From a virus, in the IMG/VR virus record IMGVR_UViG_3300028625_000003, positions 1-39,554 of that record: 39,554 nt of DNA. The stretch is one strand, 5' to 3'. Each line of letters starts with the position of its first letter. Positions within the stretch are counted from its first letter, which is position 1. The notes beneath the pieces are model-generated. The model made no database searches. It was not told the DNA's origin and saw only the letters and a program-made list of their open reading frames with translations. The translations under genes were made by a program, and so were the position numbers. Below, piece after piece: positions 14,005 through 22,397 of this stretch.

Positions 14005-15684
14005 ATGACGCAGGTTCGCGAGGTCATCCGCAAGGACGGCTCGGAGATCGTCCTGTACTCCAGCGACGGGGAGAAGATCCTCGGGCGCTTCCCCTTCGGC
14101 AAGGGGAAGAAGTACAAGGACGAGACGGCCGCCCGCGCCGCGGCGCACGAGCGCGAGGGGCAGATCGAGATCTTCAAGCAGCACGAATCGCGCCTGGGGC
14201 CGGCCGTGACGGCGGCCCTGGCCGAGGTGGGGGCCAAGCACACCGGCTCGGAGCTGGTTCTCCTGGACAAGGTCATCCGCTACCTGGAGATCATCCGGGA
14301 CGGCGAGATCACCGCCGCGGAGGCGGAGGAGCTGAAGAAAATGGGCATCAACGTCAAACCGACGACCGAAAGCGCGCAGCGGGAGGCCGCGCCGGCCGAC
14401 TCGTTCGAGGACAAGTCGCGCGCGGTCTACGACGCCTGGCGCGCGCTGTACCCCTGGCAGGACGGCGTCCCGCAGCCCGACGTCGTCGGCACCTACGAGG
14501 GCTACGTCATCGCCCGCGACGGCGCCGACTACTACCAGGTCAGTTATCAGGTGGGCGCGGACGGCGGGATCACCTTCGCCGACCGGGCGAGCTGGGCTGC
14601 GGTGGAGCTGGTGTGGCAGCCGGCCGGCGCGACCGAGCCAGAGGGAGAAGAGGCGTCGGAAGAGGCGCCGGCGGCCGAAAGCGCGCCCGGCGTGGTCGAC
14701 CTGGTCTACACCGCCACGGTGCACGAGGCCGCGGTGGACGACGCCGGCAACCTGGACTGCGTGCTGATCGAGGCCGGCGAATCGGCGAACGGCAACGTCT
14801 ACAGCCCGGAGGTCCTGGCCGCCGCGGCGCCCCTGTTCGTCGGGGTGCAGATGTACGCCGACCACCCGACGCGCTCGGAAGAGCACGAGCGGCCCGAGCG
14901 CAGCGTCCGGGACCTCGTCGGCCGGGTGACCGAGGCCCGCTTCGAGGACGGCAAGATTCGCGCCCGGGCGCGGCTCTCGGCGGCGGCCGGTTGGCTCAAG
15001 ACGCTGGTCCAGGAGAAGATCGCCGGCGACCTGTCGATCAACGCGCAGGGCCGCGGGCGCAAGGAAGACGGCAAATTCATCGTCGAGGCGATCACCGCCG
15101 CGCGGTCGGCCGACTTCGTCACGACCGGGGCGGCGCGTGGGCGGGTCCTCGCGGTGCTGGAAGCCTACCGCCCGGACTCCTGGGAAATGCTCACCGTGGA
15201 AAACCTTTCCGAGCATCGCCCCGACATTCTCAACGAACTCGCTTCCCGCGAGCGCGACAAGCTCTATCGCGGGAAAGAGGAAACGCTGCGGGAGGCGCAG
15301 GCCGCGCCGGCCCTGCGCGAAGAGCTCGAGACAACGAAGAAACGCGTCGCGGAACTGGAAACCCAGCTCGAGTCTCGCGCGGTGGCCGACGTCGTCGCAC
15401 AACTCCTATCCGCCGAGACGGCCTTGCCCGAAGCGGCGCGCGAGGAAGTGCGCCGGCAGCTCGCCGGCGTCAGCCTCGTGGACGCCCCGGCCCGCACCGC
15501 CGCGGCCATCCAGGCCCAGAAGGCGCTCGTTGCCCAGGTCCTGGAGGCCGGCACTGTGCGCGGTCACGGGGGCAGCTCCAGTAGCAGTGGCGGGGACGAG
15601 GCCCACCGCCGCCTGGTCGAAGCATACATCAACGGGGGCCTCAGCAACGAACAGGCCGAAATCGCGGCCCGTGGGAGGATGTAA
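14005..15684 (+). CDS. prohead protease-like / scaffolding fusion protein
   Basis: ORF track 14005..15684. Central GESANGNVYSPEVL...YADHPTRSE...VGRVTEARFEDGKIRARARL resembles phage prohead protease folds. The C-terminus is coiled-coil (ELETTKKRVAELETQLES). Confidence 0.55.
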   Translation: MTQVREVIRKDGSEIVLYSSDGEKILGRFPFGKGKKYKDETAARAAAHEREGQIEIFKQHESRLGPAVTAALAEVGAKHTGSELVLLDKVIRYLEIIRDGEITAAEAEELKKMGINVKPTTESAQREAAPADSFEDKSRAVYDAWRALYPWQDGVPQPDVVGTYEGYVIARDGADYYQVSYQVGADGGITFADRASWAAVELVWQPAGATEPEGEEASEEAPAAESAPGVVDLVYTATVHEAAVDDAGNLDCVLIEAGESANGNVYSPEVLAAAAPLFVGVQMYADHPTRSEEHERPERSVRDLVGRVTEARFEDGKIRARARLSAAAGWLKTLVQEKIAGDLSINAQGRGRKEDGKFIVEAITAARSADFVTTGAARGRVLAVLEAYRPDSWEMLTVENLSEHRPDILNELASRERDKLYRGKEETLREAQAAPALREELETTKKRVAELETQLESRAVADVVAQLLSAETALPEAAREEVRRQLAGVSLVDAPARTAAAIQAQKALVAQVLEAGTVRGHGGSSSSSGGDEAHRRLVEAYINGGLSNEQAEIAARGRM

Positions 15685-15687
15685 CTC

Positions 15688-16746
15688 ATGCCTACGAATC
15701 AGATCTACAAGCCCGGCTGGCAGCTGGGCGGCATCACCTGCACCAACCCGGCCACGCCGACCGCCGGCGGGCCGGTGCGCCTCGGCTTCAACACCGGCAT
15801 CTGCCTGGTCGAGGAAGGCGAGGGCGGCAACCCGGCCGGCCAGGCCACCGTGGACTTTGGCCCCGGGATCTGGGACCTGTCCGTCACCGACACGGTCGGC
15901 GGCGGGATCGCCGTTGGGGATACGCTCTTCTATCACGACGGCGCGCCTCCGACGATCGACAACCTGACGACCGCCGGCTTCTTCTACGGCTTCGCCCTGG
16001 AAGCCGTGGGGGCCGGCCTCACGGCCACCATCCAGGTGATGCACGTGCCGGCTCCCGGCAGTGGCACCCTGGGCGCTGGCACCATCGCCACGGTCAACCT
16101 GGCGCCCGGCATTCTCTCCGCCGACGCGCTCGGGCGGGCCCTCCTGGCGGCCGGCTACTTCGACGCGGCCACGCTGCTGGCGGGGATCGCCGCCGGCGCC
16201 TTCGACAACGCGGCGCTCCTGAACGCCATCCCCGCGAACGCCTTCGACAATGCGTTCCTGCTCCAGGCCATCGCCAACGGCGCCTTCGTGGCCGACGCGG
16301 CCACCCGGGCGCTGTTCGCCAACGGCATCTGGGAGCAGGGCCAGCTGGCGGCCAACGGCTTCGACGGCACCATCGCCGCCGACGTGCCCGACCTCAACAC
16401 GGAGGGCGGTTTGACGCTGACCTTCGTCATCCCGGTGACCAACGTGGCCACCCACGACGTCGACGTCGTCTCGACGCACGACATCCGCGTCATCGACGCC
16501 TGGTTCGTCAAGACCGGCGGCGCCGGCGGGGCCGCCGACACCATCCAGGTCCAGACCGGCGCCGGCGCGGCGATCAGCAACGCCATGGACGCGAACATCG
16601 CCGACCAGGCGATCGTTCGGGCCGGCACCATCGACGACGCGACCCACCGCATCGCCGCGGCCGGCACGCTGCGCATTCACTCCAACAACGGCGGCGCGGG
16701 CAACTGCGCTGGCATCGCCTACGTCACGGCTGTCCGCGTGGCCTAG
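15688..16746 (+). CDS. DUF2190-like head decoration/cement domain fused to a repeat-containing C-terminal extension
   Basis: ORF track 15688..16746. The N-terminal ~120 aa fit the DUF2190 pattern. Internal repeats GAFDNAALLNAIPANAFDNAFLLQAIANGAF. Confidence 0.55.
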   Translation: MPTNQIYKPGWQLGGITCTNPATPTAGGPVRLGFNTGICLVEEGEGGNPAGQATVDFGPGIWDLSVTDTVGGGIAVGDTLFYHDGAPPTIDNLTTAGFFYGFALEAVGAGLTATIQVMHVPAPGSGTLGAGTIATVNLAPGILSADALGRALLAAGYFDAATLLAGIAAGAFDNAALLNAIPANAFDNAFLLQAIANGAFVADAATRALFANGIWEQGQLAANGFDGTIAADVPDLNTEGGLTLTFVIPVTNVATHDVDVVSTHDIRVIDAWFVKTGGAGGAADTIQVQTGAGAAISNAMDANIADQAIVRAGTIDDATHRIAAAGTLRIHSNNGGAGNCAGIAYVTAVRVA

Positions 16747-16777
16747 CACTGAGCAGCAAAAACGGAGGAACAAACCT

Positions 16778-17974
16778 ATGGCACCCGAGTTTTGGGAACT
16801 GCGCGAGGCCATGACCGCGGCCGACGCTACGATTGACCGGCTGCTGGCCGGGGCCGGCGTGCCCCTGCGCGGCCGCGAGCTGACCGACGAGCAGAAGGCG
16901 CGACTCGCGGCCGTCCAGGAGTTCATCAACGAGGCCGCCCGCGGGCGTGTGCCGCTGCACCGTATCCAGGAAGCGCTCAGCACGAGCGACTTCCCGACCC
17001 TGCTGGGCACCAACCTCGACCGCGAGCTCCTGGCCCAGTACGAGACCTATCCCGCGACCTGGCAGAACTATTGCGACCGCGGGGTGGTCGACGACTTCAA
17101 CCAGAAGACCCTGATCGCCCTGGACGGGCTGGAAGGGTCCTACTTCCCGGCCTATCCCCAGCCGGATGGCGCCGAGCCCATCGTGGACGAGGGCCTGACC
17201 GAGACGATCTACACCACGCAGGTCAACGTCTACTCCAAGAAAGTGGGCGTGTCCTTCCGGGCCCTGGTGAACGACCGCCTGCGCGGGCTCGCCCGCATCC
17301 CGCAGAAGCTGGCCCTGGGCGCGCGGCGCACCGAGGAACGGTTCGCCACCACGCTGTTCGTGGACGCCAACGGCCCCCACGTCACCCTGTATAGCAACGC
17401 CAATCTGAACAAGGTGACGGTGGCCTGTGGCGGCACCCTGAACAACCCGACCCTGTCCGTCGCCGGGCTGCAGGACGCCTTCCTGGTCCTGGCACGGCAG
17501 GTCGGCGCCGATGGCGAGCCCATCGTCATCGACGCGGTCGAGCTGGTGGTCCCGCCGGCCCTGGAGGTCACGGCGCAGAACATCGTCAACGCCGTGCAGA
17601 TCCTGGCGGTCGAGGCCGGCGGCACGGCCAACCAGCAGATCTGGGCGGCCAACTGGATGGCCAAGCGCTGCCGCGTGTCGGTCAACCCGTACATCCCGAT
17701 CGTCGCGCCCGTGGCCGCGGGCCACACCAGCTGGTTCCTCTTCGCCAACCCGAAGGTGGGCCGGCCGGCGCTGCGGCTGGACTTTCTGGCCGGCTTCGAG
17801 CAGCCCGGGCTGTACCAGAAGACCCCCAACACCCAGCGGGTGGGCGGGGGCGTCGAGGCCCTCCTGGGCGACTTCGATACCATGGAGACGACCTGGAAAG
17901 GCCTGCACATCGTCGGGGGCACCCGCCTCGATCCCCGCGCGACCGTGGCCAGCTTTGGCACGAACGCGCCGTAA
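16778..17974 (+). CDS. major capsid protein (HK97 fold, Mu gpT-like)
   Basis: ORF track 16778..17974. 398 aa, positioned after the protease/scaffold and decoration genes; strong SD. Confidence 0.8.
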   Translation: MAPEFWELREAMTAADATIDRLLAGAGVPLRGRELTDEQKARLAAVQEFINEAARGRVPLHRIQEALSTSDFPTLLGTNLDRELLAQYETYPATWQNYCDRGVVDDFNQKTLIALDGLEGSYFPAYPQPDGAEPIVDEGLTETIYTTQVNVYSKKVGVSFRALVNDRLRGLARIPQKLALGARRTEERFATTLFVDANGPHVTLYSNANLNKVTVACGGTLNNPTLSVAGLQDAFLVLARQVGADGEPIVIDAVELVVPPALEVTAQNIVNAVQILAVEAGGTANQQIWAANWMAKRCRVSVNPYIPIVAPVAAGHTSWFLFANPKVGRPALRLDFLAGFEQPGLYQKTPNTQRVGGGVEALLGDFDTMETTWKGLHIVGGTRLDPRATVASFGTNAP

Positions 17975-17990
17975 CCCATACCAACCGAGC

Positions 17991-18022
17991 GGTGGGGGCC
18001 GGGCCCGCGCCTGGCCCCCACC
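17991..18022 (+). other. perfect 10-bp GC stem-loop directly after the major capsid gene
   Basis: GGTGGGGGCC (17991-18000) pairs with GGCCCCCACC (18013-18022); no U-tract. Confidence 0.6.
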
Positions 18023-18034
18023 ACCGAGGACCCG

Positions 18035-18235
18035 ATGGACCAGCCTCTGCCCAACCCGGTAACGGTAGCCGACTTCTACCTGGCGGCGATCCTGGAGGAG
18101 CTGCGGGCCCTGCGGGCCGCGATCGAGCGACCCGTGACCGTGCTGAGCATGCCGGCCGAAACGGACTTCCTGGGTGGCGGGCCCGTGGCCCCCCCCGCGC
18201 CCCGGTCCCGCCGGCGGAAGACGCCCGGAGGATAA
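18035..18235 (+). CDS. hypothetical small structural-module protein (66 aa)
   Basis: ORF track 18035..18235. Confidence 0.5.
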   Translation: MDQPLPNPVTVADFYLAAILEELRALRAAIERPVTVLSMPAETDFLGGGPVAPPAPRSRRRKTPGG

Positions 18236-18236
18236 G

Positions 18237-18662
18237 ATGCCCTACAACGCGGACAATAGCGGCGTGACGGCGCTGACCGGCGTCACCTACACGGCGGGGA
18301 CCCTGCCGACGACGGCGCAGGTCACGGCGTTTCGCGCGGCGGCCGCGGCGGACATCAACGCGATCCTGAAGGCGCGCGGCTACACCGTGCCGGCGACCGG
18401 GGTGAACGACGTCGTGCTGCTGGCCGACTACGAGAACCTGGGCGCCGCGGTCAAGGCCGAACAGGCCGCGTACCGGGGCAACGTCCAGCAGCCGCGCGTG
18501 ACCGAGTGGAACAAGAAGTACGAGGACTTCCTGAACCGCCTGCGCCTGGGCCAGGCCGACCTCCTGGACCAGGTCGCCGAGGGGCAGCTGGAGCCGTACT
18601 GGACGAGCGCCCCGGCGATCCGCCGCGACGACTACTTCCGGCCGGAGGAGCTGGACCTATGA
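18237..18662 (+). CDS. head-tail connector/adaptor-like protein
   Basis: Inside ORF 18174..18662; ATG 18237 after GGAGGATAAG. Assigned by position after the capsid gene. Confidence 0.55.
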   Translation: MPYNADNSGVTALTGVTYTAGTLPTTAQVTAFRAAAAADINAILKARGYTVPATGVNDVVLLADYENLGAAVKAEQAAYRGNVQQPRVTEWNKKYEDFLNRLRLGQADLLDQVAEGQLEPYWTSAPAIRRDDYFRPEELDL

Positions 18663-19159
18663 AGTGGGCCGGCGATACCCGCATTCGGCTGATGGGCTGC
18701 ACGCTCCATGTGCGCATGCCCGGTTTCGACGCGGACTCGTGGGTCCGGCGCTACGAGGAGCTGCGCGGCCGGGGCAAGAACCTGCTCCCCGTCTTCGAGC
18801 GCTTCGGGCGCTACCTGCTCGAGTCGGTCGACAGGAACTTTGCCGCCGAGGGCCGGCCGTCCCGCTGGGCGGCGCTGAGCCCGCGGTACGCCGCCCGCAA
18901 GGCGCGCCAGTTCCCCGGCAAGGGGATCCTCGAGGCGACGGGGCAAATGCGGACCGGGTTTTGGTACACCGCCTCGGCCCAGACCGTGAAGGTCGGCAAC
19001 AAGAACCGTTGGTGGTGGATCGTGCACCAGCAGGGGACGGACAACCTGTTTCGCCGGGGGATCCACCTGCCCCGGCGCGTCATCCTGCTCTTACAGGCCC
19101 AGGACAAGGCGGTACTGACTCGCTGGGTGCGCGCCTACCTGCGCACCGGGACGGTGTAG
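18659..19159 (+). CDS. virion morphogenesis / tail completion protein (Mu gpG / P2 gpS-like)
   Basis: Inside ORF 18506..19159; ATGA overlap at 18659. NFAAEGRPSRWAALSPRYAARK...GILEATGQMRTGF...WWWIVHQQG fits the family pattern. Confidence 0.6.
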   Translation: MKWAGDTRIRLMGCTLHVRMPGFDADSWVRRYEELRGRGKNLLPVFERFGRYLLESVDRNFAAEGRPSRWAALSPRYAARKARQFPGKGILEATGQMRTGFWYTASAQTVKVGNKNRWWWIVHQQGTDNLFRRGIHLPRRVILLLQAQDKAVLTRWVRAYLRTGTV

Positions 19160-19160
19160 C

Positions 19161-19658
19161 ATGGGCGTCGCGCACGAGCTGGCCGACCAGGTCATCGCCC
19201 TCCTGCGGGTCGCTCCCGCCTTCGCGGGAGTCAACGCGTGGGTGCCGTGGTTCGCGCCGACGATTATCCCGCAGAACCTCTTTCCCCTGGCCGAGGTCCC
19301 GATCGTGTCCCAGGACGAGGGCCAGCACGATACCAAGTACCACGAGTACGCCTACACGGGCGGGGTCATCTTCAACGTGCAGTACATCGACACCCTGGTC
19401 CCGGACCCCGTGACAAAGGTCTGCGCCGTCCCGAGCGCGGATCTGTGCAGCGGCCTGGCCGACGCGGCCCGCCTGATCCTGATGGCCGCCCAGAGCCTGG
19501 GAGACTTTGTGACAACGGACGGCAAGGAGCGGGTCTATCGCGTCGACGTGTCCACGCCGTCGTACGTCATGGGCCCCAGCCGCACGGCCCGGCCGGACAA
19601 TCTGGAAAACCGCGCCGCCCTCGATCTTGTGATCTGGACGCGCCGGCAGCTCTGGTAA
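19161..19658 (+). CDS. neck/tail terminator-like protein
   Basis: ORF track 19161..19658; assigned by position. Confidence 0.5.
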   Translation: MGVAHELADQVIALLRVAPAFAGVNAWVPWFAPTIIPQNLFPLAEVPIVSQDEGQHDTKYHEYAYTGGVIFNVQYIDTLVPDPVTKVCAVPSADLCSGLADAARLILMAAQSLGDFVTTDGKERVYRVDVSTPSYVMGPSRTARPDNLENRAALDLVIWTRRQLW

Positions 19659-19671
19659 CAGGGGGCAAGCT

Positions 19672-20658
19672 ATGGGCATCATCTACGGAACTGGTTTCGA
19701 AGTCGGAGCGCTCCCCGTGGCGGCAGCGGATTACAGCGCGGCCGGCGTGGCCATCTCCACCACGAAGAAGAAGACGGGCTCCTACAGCGTATCGCTCCTG
19801 CCCACGGGGGGAGACGCCTGGATCCGCTTCCCGCTTCCCGGCAGCCCCACGGACGTCTATCTCTCGGCATGGTTCTACCCGGCCTCGTCCGGGTCGGGCC
19901 GGATCATGGCTTCCGTGGTCGACGACGCGGCCGGCGTCGTCGAGGTCCGGCTGCTGGCCGATCACTGGGCGGCTTACGTGAACGGCGCCCTCGTCGCCAC
20001 GGGGACGCACACCCTGGACGACCTCGAGGCGTGGCACCTCCTGCAGGTGCGCTTCAAGATCCACGACACGGACGGCAAGATTCAGGTCGTCATGGACGGC
20101 CATCTCGACATCGACTACACCGGGGACACCAAGATCGCCGGCGGCGCGCACTGGGATTACTTCCGCCTGTTGAACAACACGCCGAGCACGGCCACGATCT
20201 ACCTCGACGACCTGACCATCGCGACGGGGGGCTGGCCCGGCGACATCAACTATGAAGCCATCGTCCCCGACGGCGCGGGCAGCGTGACCCAGTGGACGCC
20301 CTCGGCCGGCGCGAACTGGGACTGCGTCGAGGAGGTCCCCCCCTCCGACGCGGAGTACGTGTCGGCCGCGCTGGACGCCAAGAAGGACACCTACAGCCTC
20401 TCGGCGTGGACGGCCACCGCCAAGCGGCCGGTCGCGGTGATTGTCTGGCTCCGCGCCTTCCTTACCGCGCCGGGGGCGGAGCAGGTCAAGCACTACCTCG
20501 TCGCCGCGGGCGGGGACACGAGCACGGGGGCGGCCGTATCCCTGGACACGACCCCGCTCCACTATCAAAACGTCGTCGATCTCGACCCCGACACGGCCCT
20601 TCCGTGGCAGGCCGGCGCGATTGCCGGCATCGAGGTCGGGCAAGAATCGGAGGTCTGA
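19672..20658 (+). CDS. jelly-roll (LamG/concanavalin-like) domain protein of unknown structural role
   Basis: ORF track 19672..20658. Beta-rich sequence between the neck genes and the tail tube gene. Confidence 0.5.
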   Translation: MGIIYGTGFEVGALPVAAADYSAAGVAISTTKKKTGSYSVSLLPTGGDAWIRFPLPGSPTDVYLSAWFYPASSGSGRIMASVVDDAAGVVEVRLLADHWAAYVNGALVATGTHTLDDLEAWHLLQVRFKIHDTDGKIQVVMDGHLDIDYTGDTKIAGGAHWDYFRLLNNTPSTATIYLDDLTIATGGWPGDINYEAIVPDGAGSVTQWTPSAGANWDCVEEVPPSDAEYVSAALDAKKDTYSLSAWTATAKRPVAVIVWLRAFLTAPGAEQVKHYLVAAGGDTSTGAAVSLDTTPLHYQNVVDLDPDTALPWQAGAIAGIEVGQESEV

Positions 20659-20659
20659 T

Positions 20660-21757
20660 ATGGCCATCCAGGTATCCCAAACGCTGGCCGAGATCGCATG
20701 GAGGCAAGAACACGCTATGGACGCCGCATCTGAACACGTACTTTTTGCGCCAGAAGCCCTGTACGGCACCTACGTCCCCGCGACGAAGGCCCTGCCCGTG
20801 ACCACGTTCAACGTCACGAGCCGGCGCTCCCTGATCGAACCCGAGCTGACCAGTTTCGGCCGGCAGCAGGGCGTCGTCGTCCAGGGAGAGAAGCCCGTCA
20901 ACGGGTCGCTCGTCCTGCCCTTCTTCCCGCAGTACATGGGGACGCTTTTCAAGGCCGCTATGACGGCGGCCGTCTCGACGCAGCAGGGCGGGACGATTGC
21001 CTACCGCCACAAGCTGCTGCCGGACGACACCGCTCCCCTGGGCAGCCTGTCCTTCGAGAAGCAGTTCAGCGCGTCGGAAGCCCAGTTCATCAAAGGGGCC
21101 AAGATCAAGAAGATCACCATCTCCTGCAAGGCCAAGGAGATCGCGGTCGTGACCCTGGAATTTGACGCCCAGGACGACGCCTGGGTTGGGGGAACGTGGG
21201 ACGACGACGGCACGGCCGCGCCCACGGAGTCGGTTGTTCTGCCGTATCCGACCACGCTGCAGCTGCCCTTCCGCTTCTACCAGGGGGTCGTCAAGAAGGG
21301 GGGGACCCTGTCCGTCGTATCGGGCGAGATCGTCGTCGCGGCCGGCACCGAGCTGGCCTCCGTCGAGGCCGCCGAAATCACCATCGAGTGCGGCCAGGAC
21401 CCCTTCTACGGCCTGCTCGGCAAGCCCACGGCCGGCGCGATCCGGGACCTGGGGCGCAAGGTGACGTGCAAGCTGGACCTCGACTGGATCGCCGCGGGGG
21501 ACGACTTCATCGACGACGGCCGGACGGCCGCCGAGACGGTCGTACAGCTCTACTTCACCGGGCCGAACATCGCCGGGATCTACAACTACGAGGGGATCAT
21601 CACCCTGGCCCGGTGCGTCCCGCCGCAGCCCGAGCCGCCGGCGATCGCCGGTTCGAAGGCCCGGCGCTCTCACAGCGTCGAGTACCGCTGCAAGCGGGAG
21701 CTGACCATCGACCAGGACGTCGGGATCGTCATCCAGAACGCGGAAACGTCGATCTAA
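20660..21757 (+). CDS. major tail (tube) protein
   Basis: Inside ORF 20441..21757; ATG 20660 after GGAGG. Sits immediately upstream of the G/GT chaperones and tape measure. Confidence 0.65.
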   Translation: MAIQVSQTLAEIAWRQEHAMDAASEHVLFAPEALYGTYVPATKALPVTTFNVTSRRSLIEPELTSFGRQQGVVVQGEKPVNGSLVLPFFPQYMGTLFKAAMTAAVSTQQGGTIAYRHKLLPDDTAPLGSLSFEKQFSASEAQFIKGAKIKKITISCKAKEIAVVTLEFDAQDDAWVGGTWDDDGTAAPTESVVLPYPTTLQLPFRFYQGVVKKGGTLSVVSGEIVVAAGTELASVEAAEITIECGQDPFYGLLGKPTAGAIRDLGRKVTCKLDLDWIAAGDDFIDDGRTAAETVVQLYFTGPNIAGIYNYEGIITLARCVPPQPEPPAIAGSKARRSHSVEYRCKRELTIDQDVGIVIQNAETSI

Positions 21758-21768
21758 GGGGGACCGGT

Positions 21769-22140
21769 ATGCTGATCGGCAGCGAAGAAACTCACGTCGA
21801 GGTCGGGCCGGACTGGTACGACCTGAAAACCTGGCTGGGCTGGTATGACGCGGCCGAGATCGAGGCGGCCAAGCGCAAGATGATCGTCCCCATCTCCGGC
21901 GGGCAGCTCGTCGCTGAGGGGGCCGTCGAGGTCGTCGTCAGGGGCGCGCCGCCCGATCTGGCCCGGCTGCGCGCCCGCCTGGTGCGCTGGAGCCATAGCG
22001 AGGCGATCACGGAGGACAGCATCAAGCGCATCCCTCGCGCTCACGCCAAAGCGCTGTTGGCCAAGATCGCCGAGCTCGACCGGGCGGAAGACGACCTGGC
22101 CCTGGCGGACGCGGAAAAAAAAGGATCGTCCGCCGGCTGA
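21769..22140 (+). CDS. tail assembly chaperone (gpG-like)
   Basis: Inside ORF 21196..22140; ATG 21769. Ends 16 nt after an A8 slippery run. Confidence 0.7.
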   Translation: MLIGSEETHVEVGPDWYDLKTWLGWYDAAEIEAAKRKMIVPISGGQLVAEGAVEVVVRGAPPDLARLRARLVRWSHSEAITEDSIKRIPRAHAKALLAKIAELDRAEDDLALADAEKKGSSAG

Positions 22141-22397
22141 TCCGCGATGCCGTGATCTTTGATCGGCGGGACGTTACCCCGGCCGGGCGCGAGGCCGACG
22201 AGTGGGACACGATCTGTAGGGCCGTCGATCTGCGCCAAGCCCAGACGCTCGTCGAGAAGGGCCTGGCGCCCTCCTACCAGGCCCTCGGGCTGCGCACGGC
22301 TGACGACCAGGTCCCGAACTGGCTGCTGCGCGCCCTGGCCTACATGGACGCGGTGACCGAAGAAGCCCTGTGGGATCGCGGGAAACCTACACCATGA
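21769..22397 (+). CDS. tail assembly chaperone frameshift product (gpGT-like), -1 shift at 22116-22122
   Basis: The -1 frame is open from 22122 to TGA 22395-22397 (ORF 22152..22397). That stop overlaps the ATG of the tape measure gene. Confidence 0.6.
22115..22122 (+). other. programmed -1 ribosomal frameshift slippery site (A AAA AAA)
   Basis: gcg gaa aaa aaa gga in the zero frame: an A8 run in the canonical G/GT position. Confidence 0.65.

Noticed and set aside
13108-15402. Very long antisense or off-frame ORFs across the structural module, for example 13108..15402(-) 764 aa, 23342..25861(-) 839 aa, 25816..28569(-) 917 aa, 11865..13520(-) 551 aa and 13644..15584(+) 646 aa
   Set aside because: Their translations are Arg/Gly/Pro/Ala-rich low-complexity sequence, typical of stop-poor non-coding frames in GC-rich DNA. 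They lack SD-start coupling. They lie entirely over plus-strand genes with recognisable terminase, portal, capsid and tail motifs.
22376-22390. GGGAAACC upstream of the tape measure start as a fifth copy of the hairpin element
   Set aside because: Only the 8-nt GGGAAACC matches. The CAGRCGRAACA half and the complementary 5' arm are absent.
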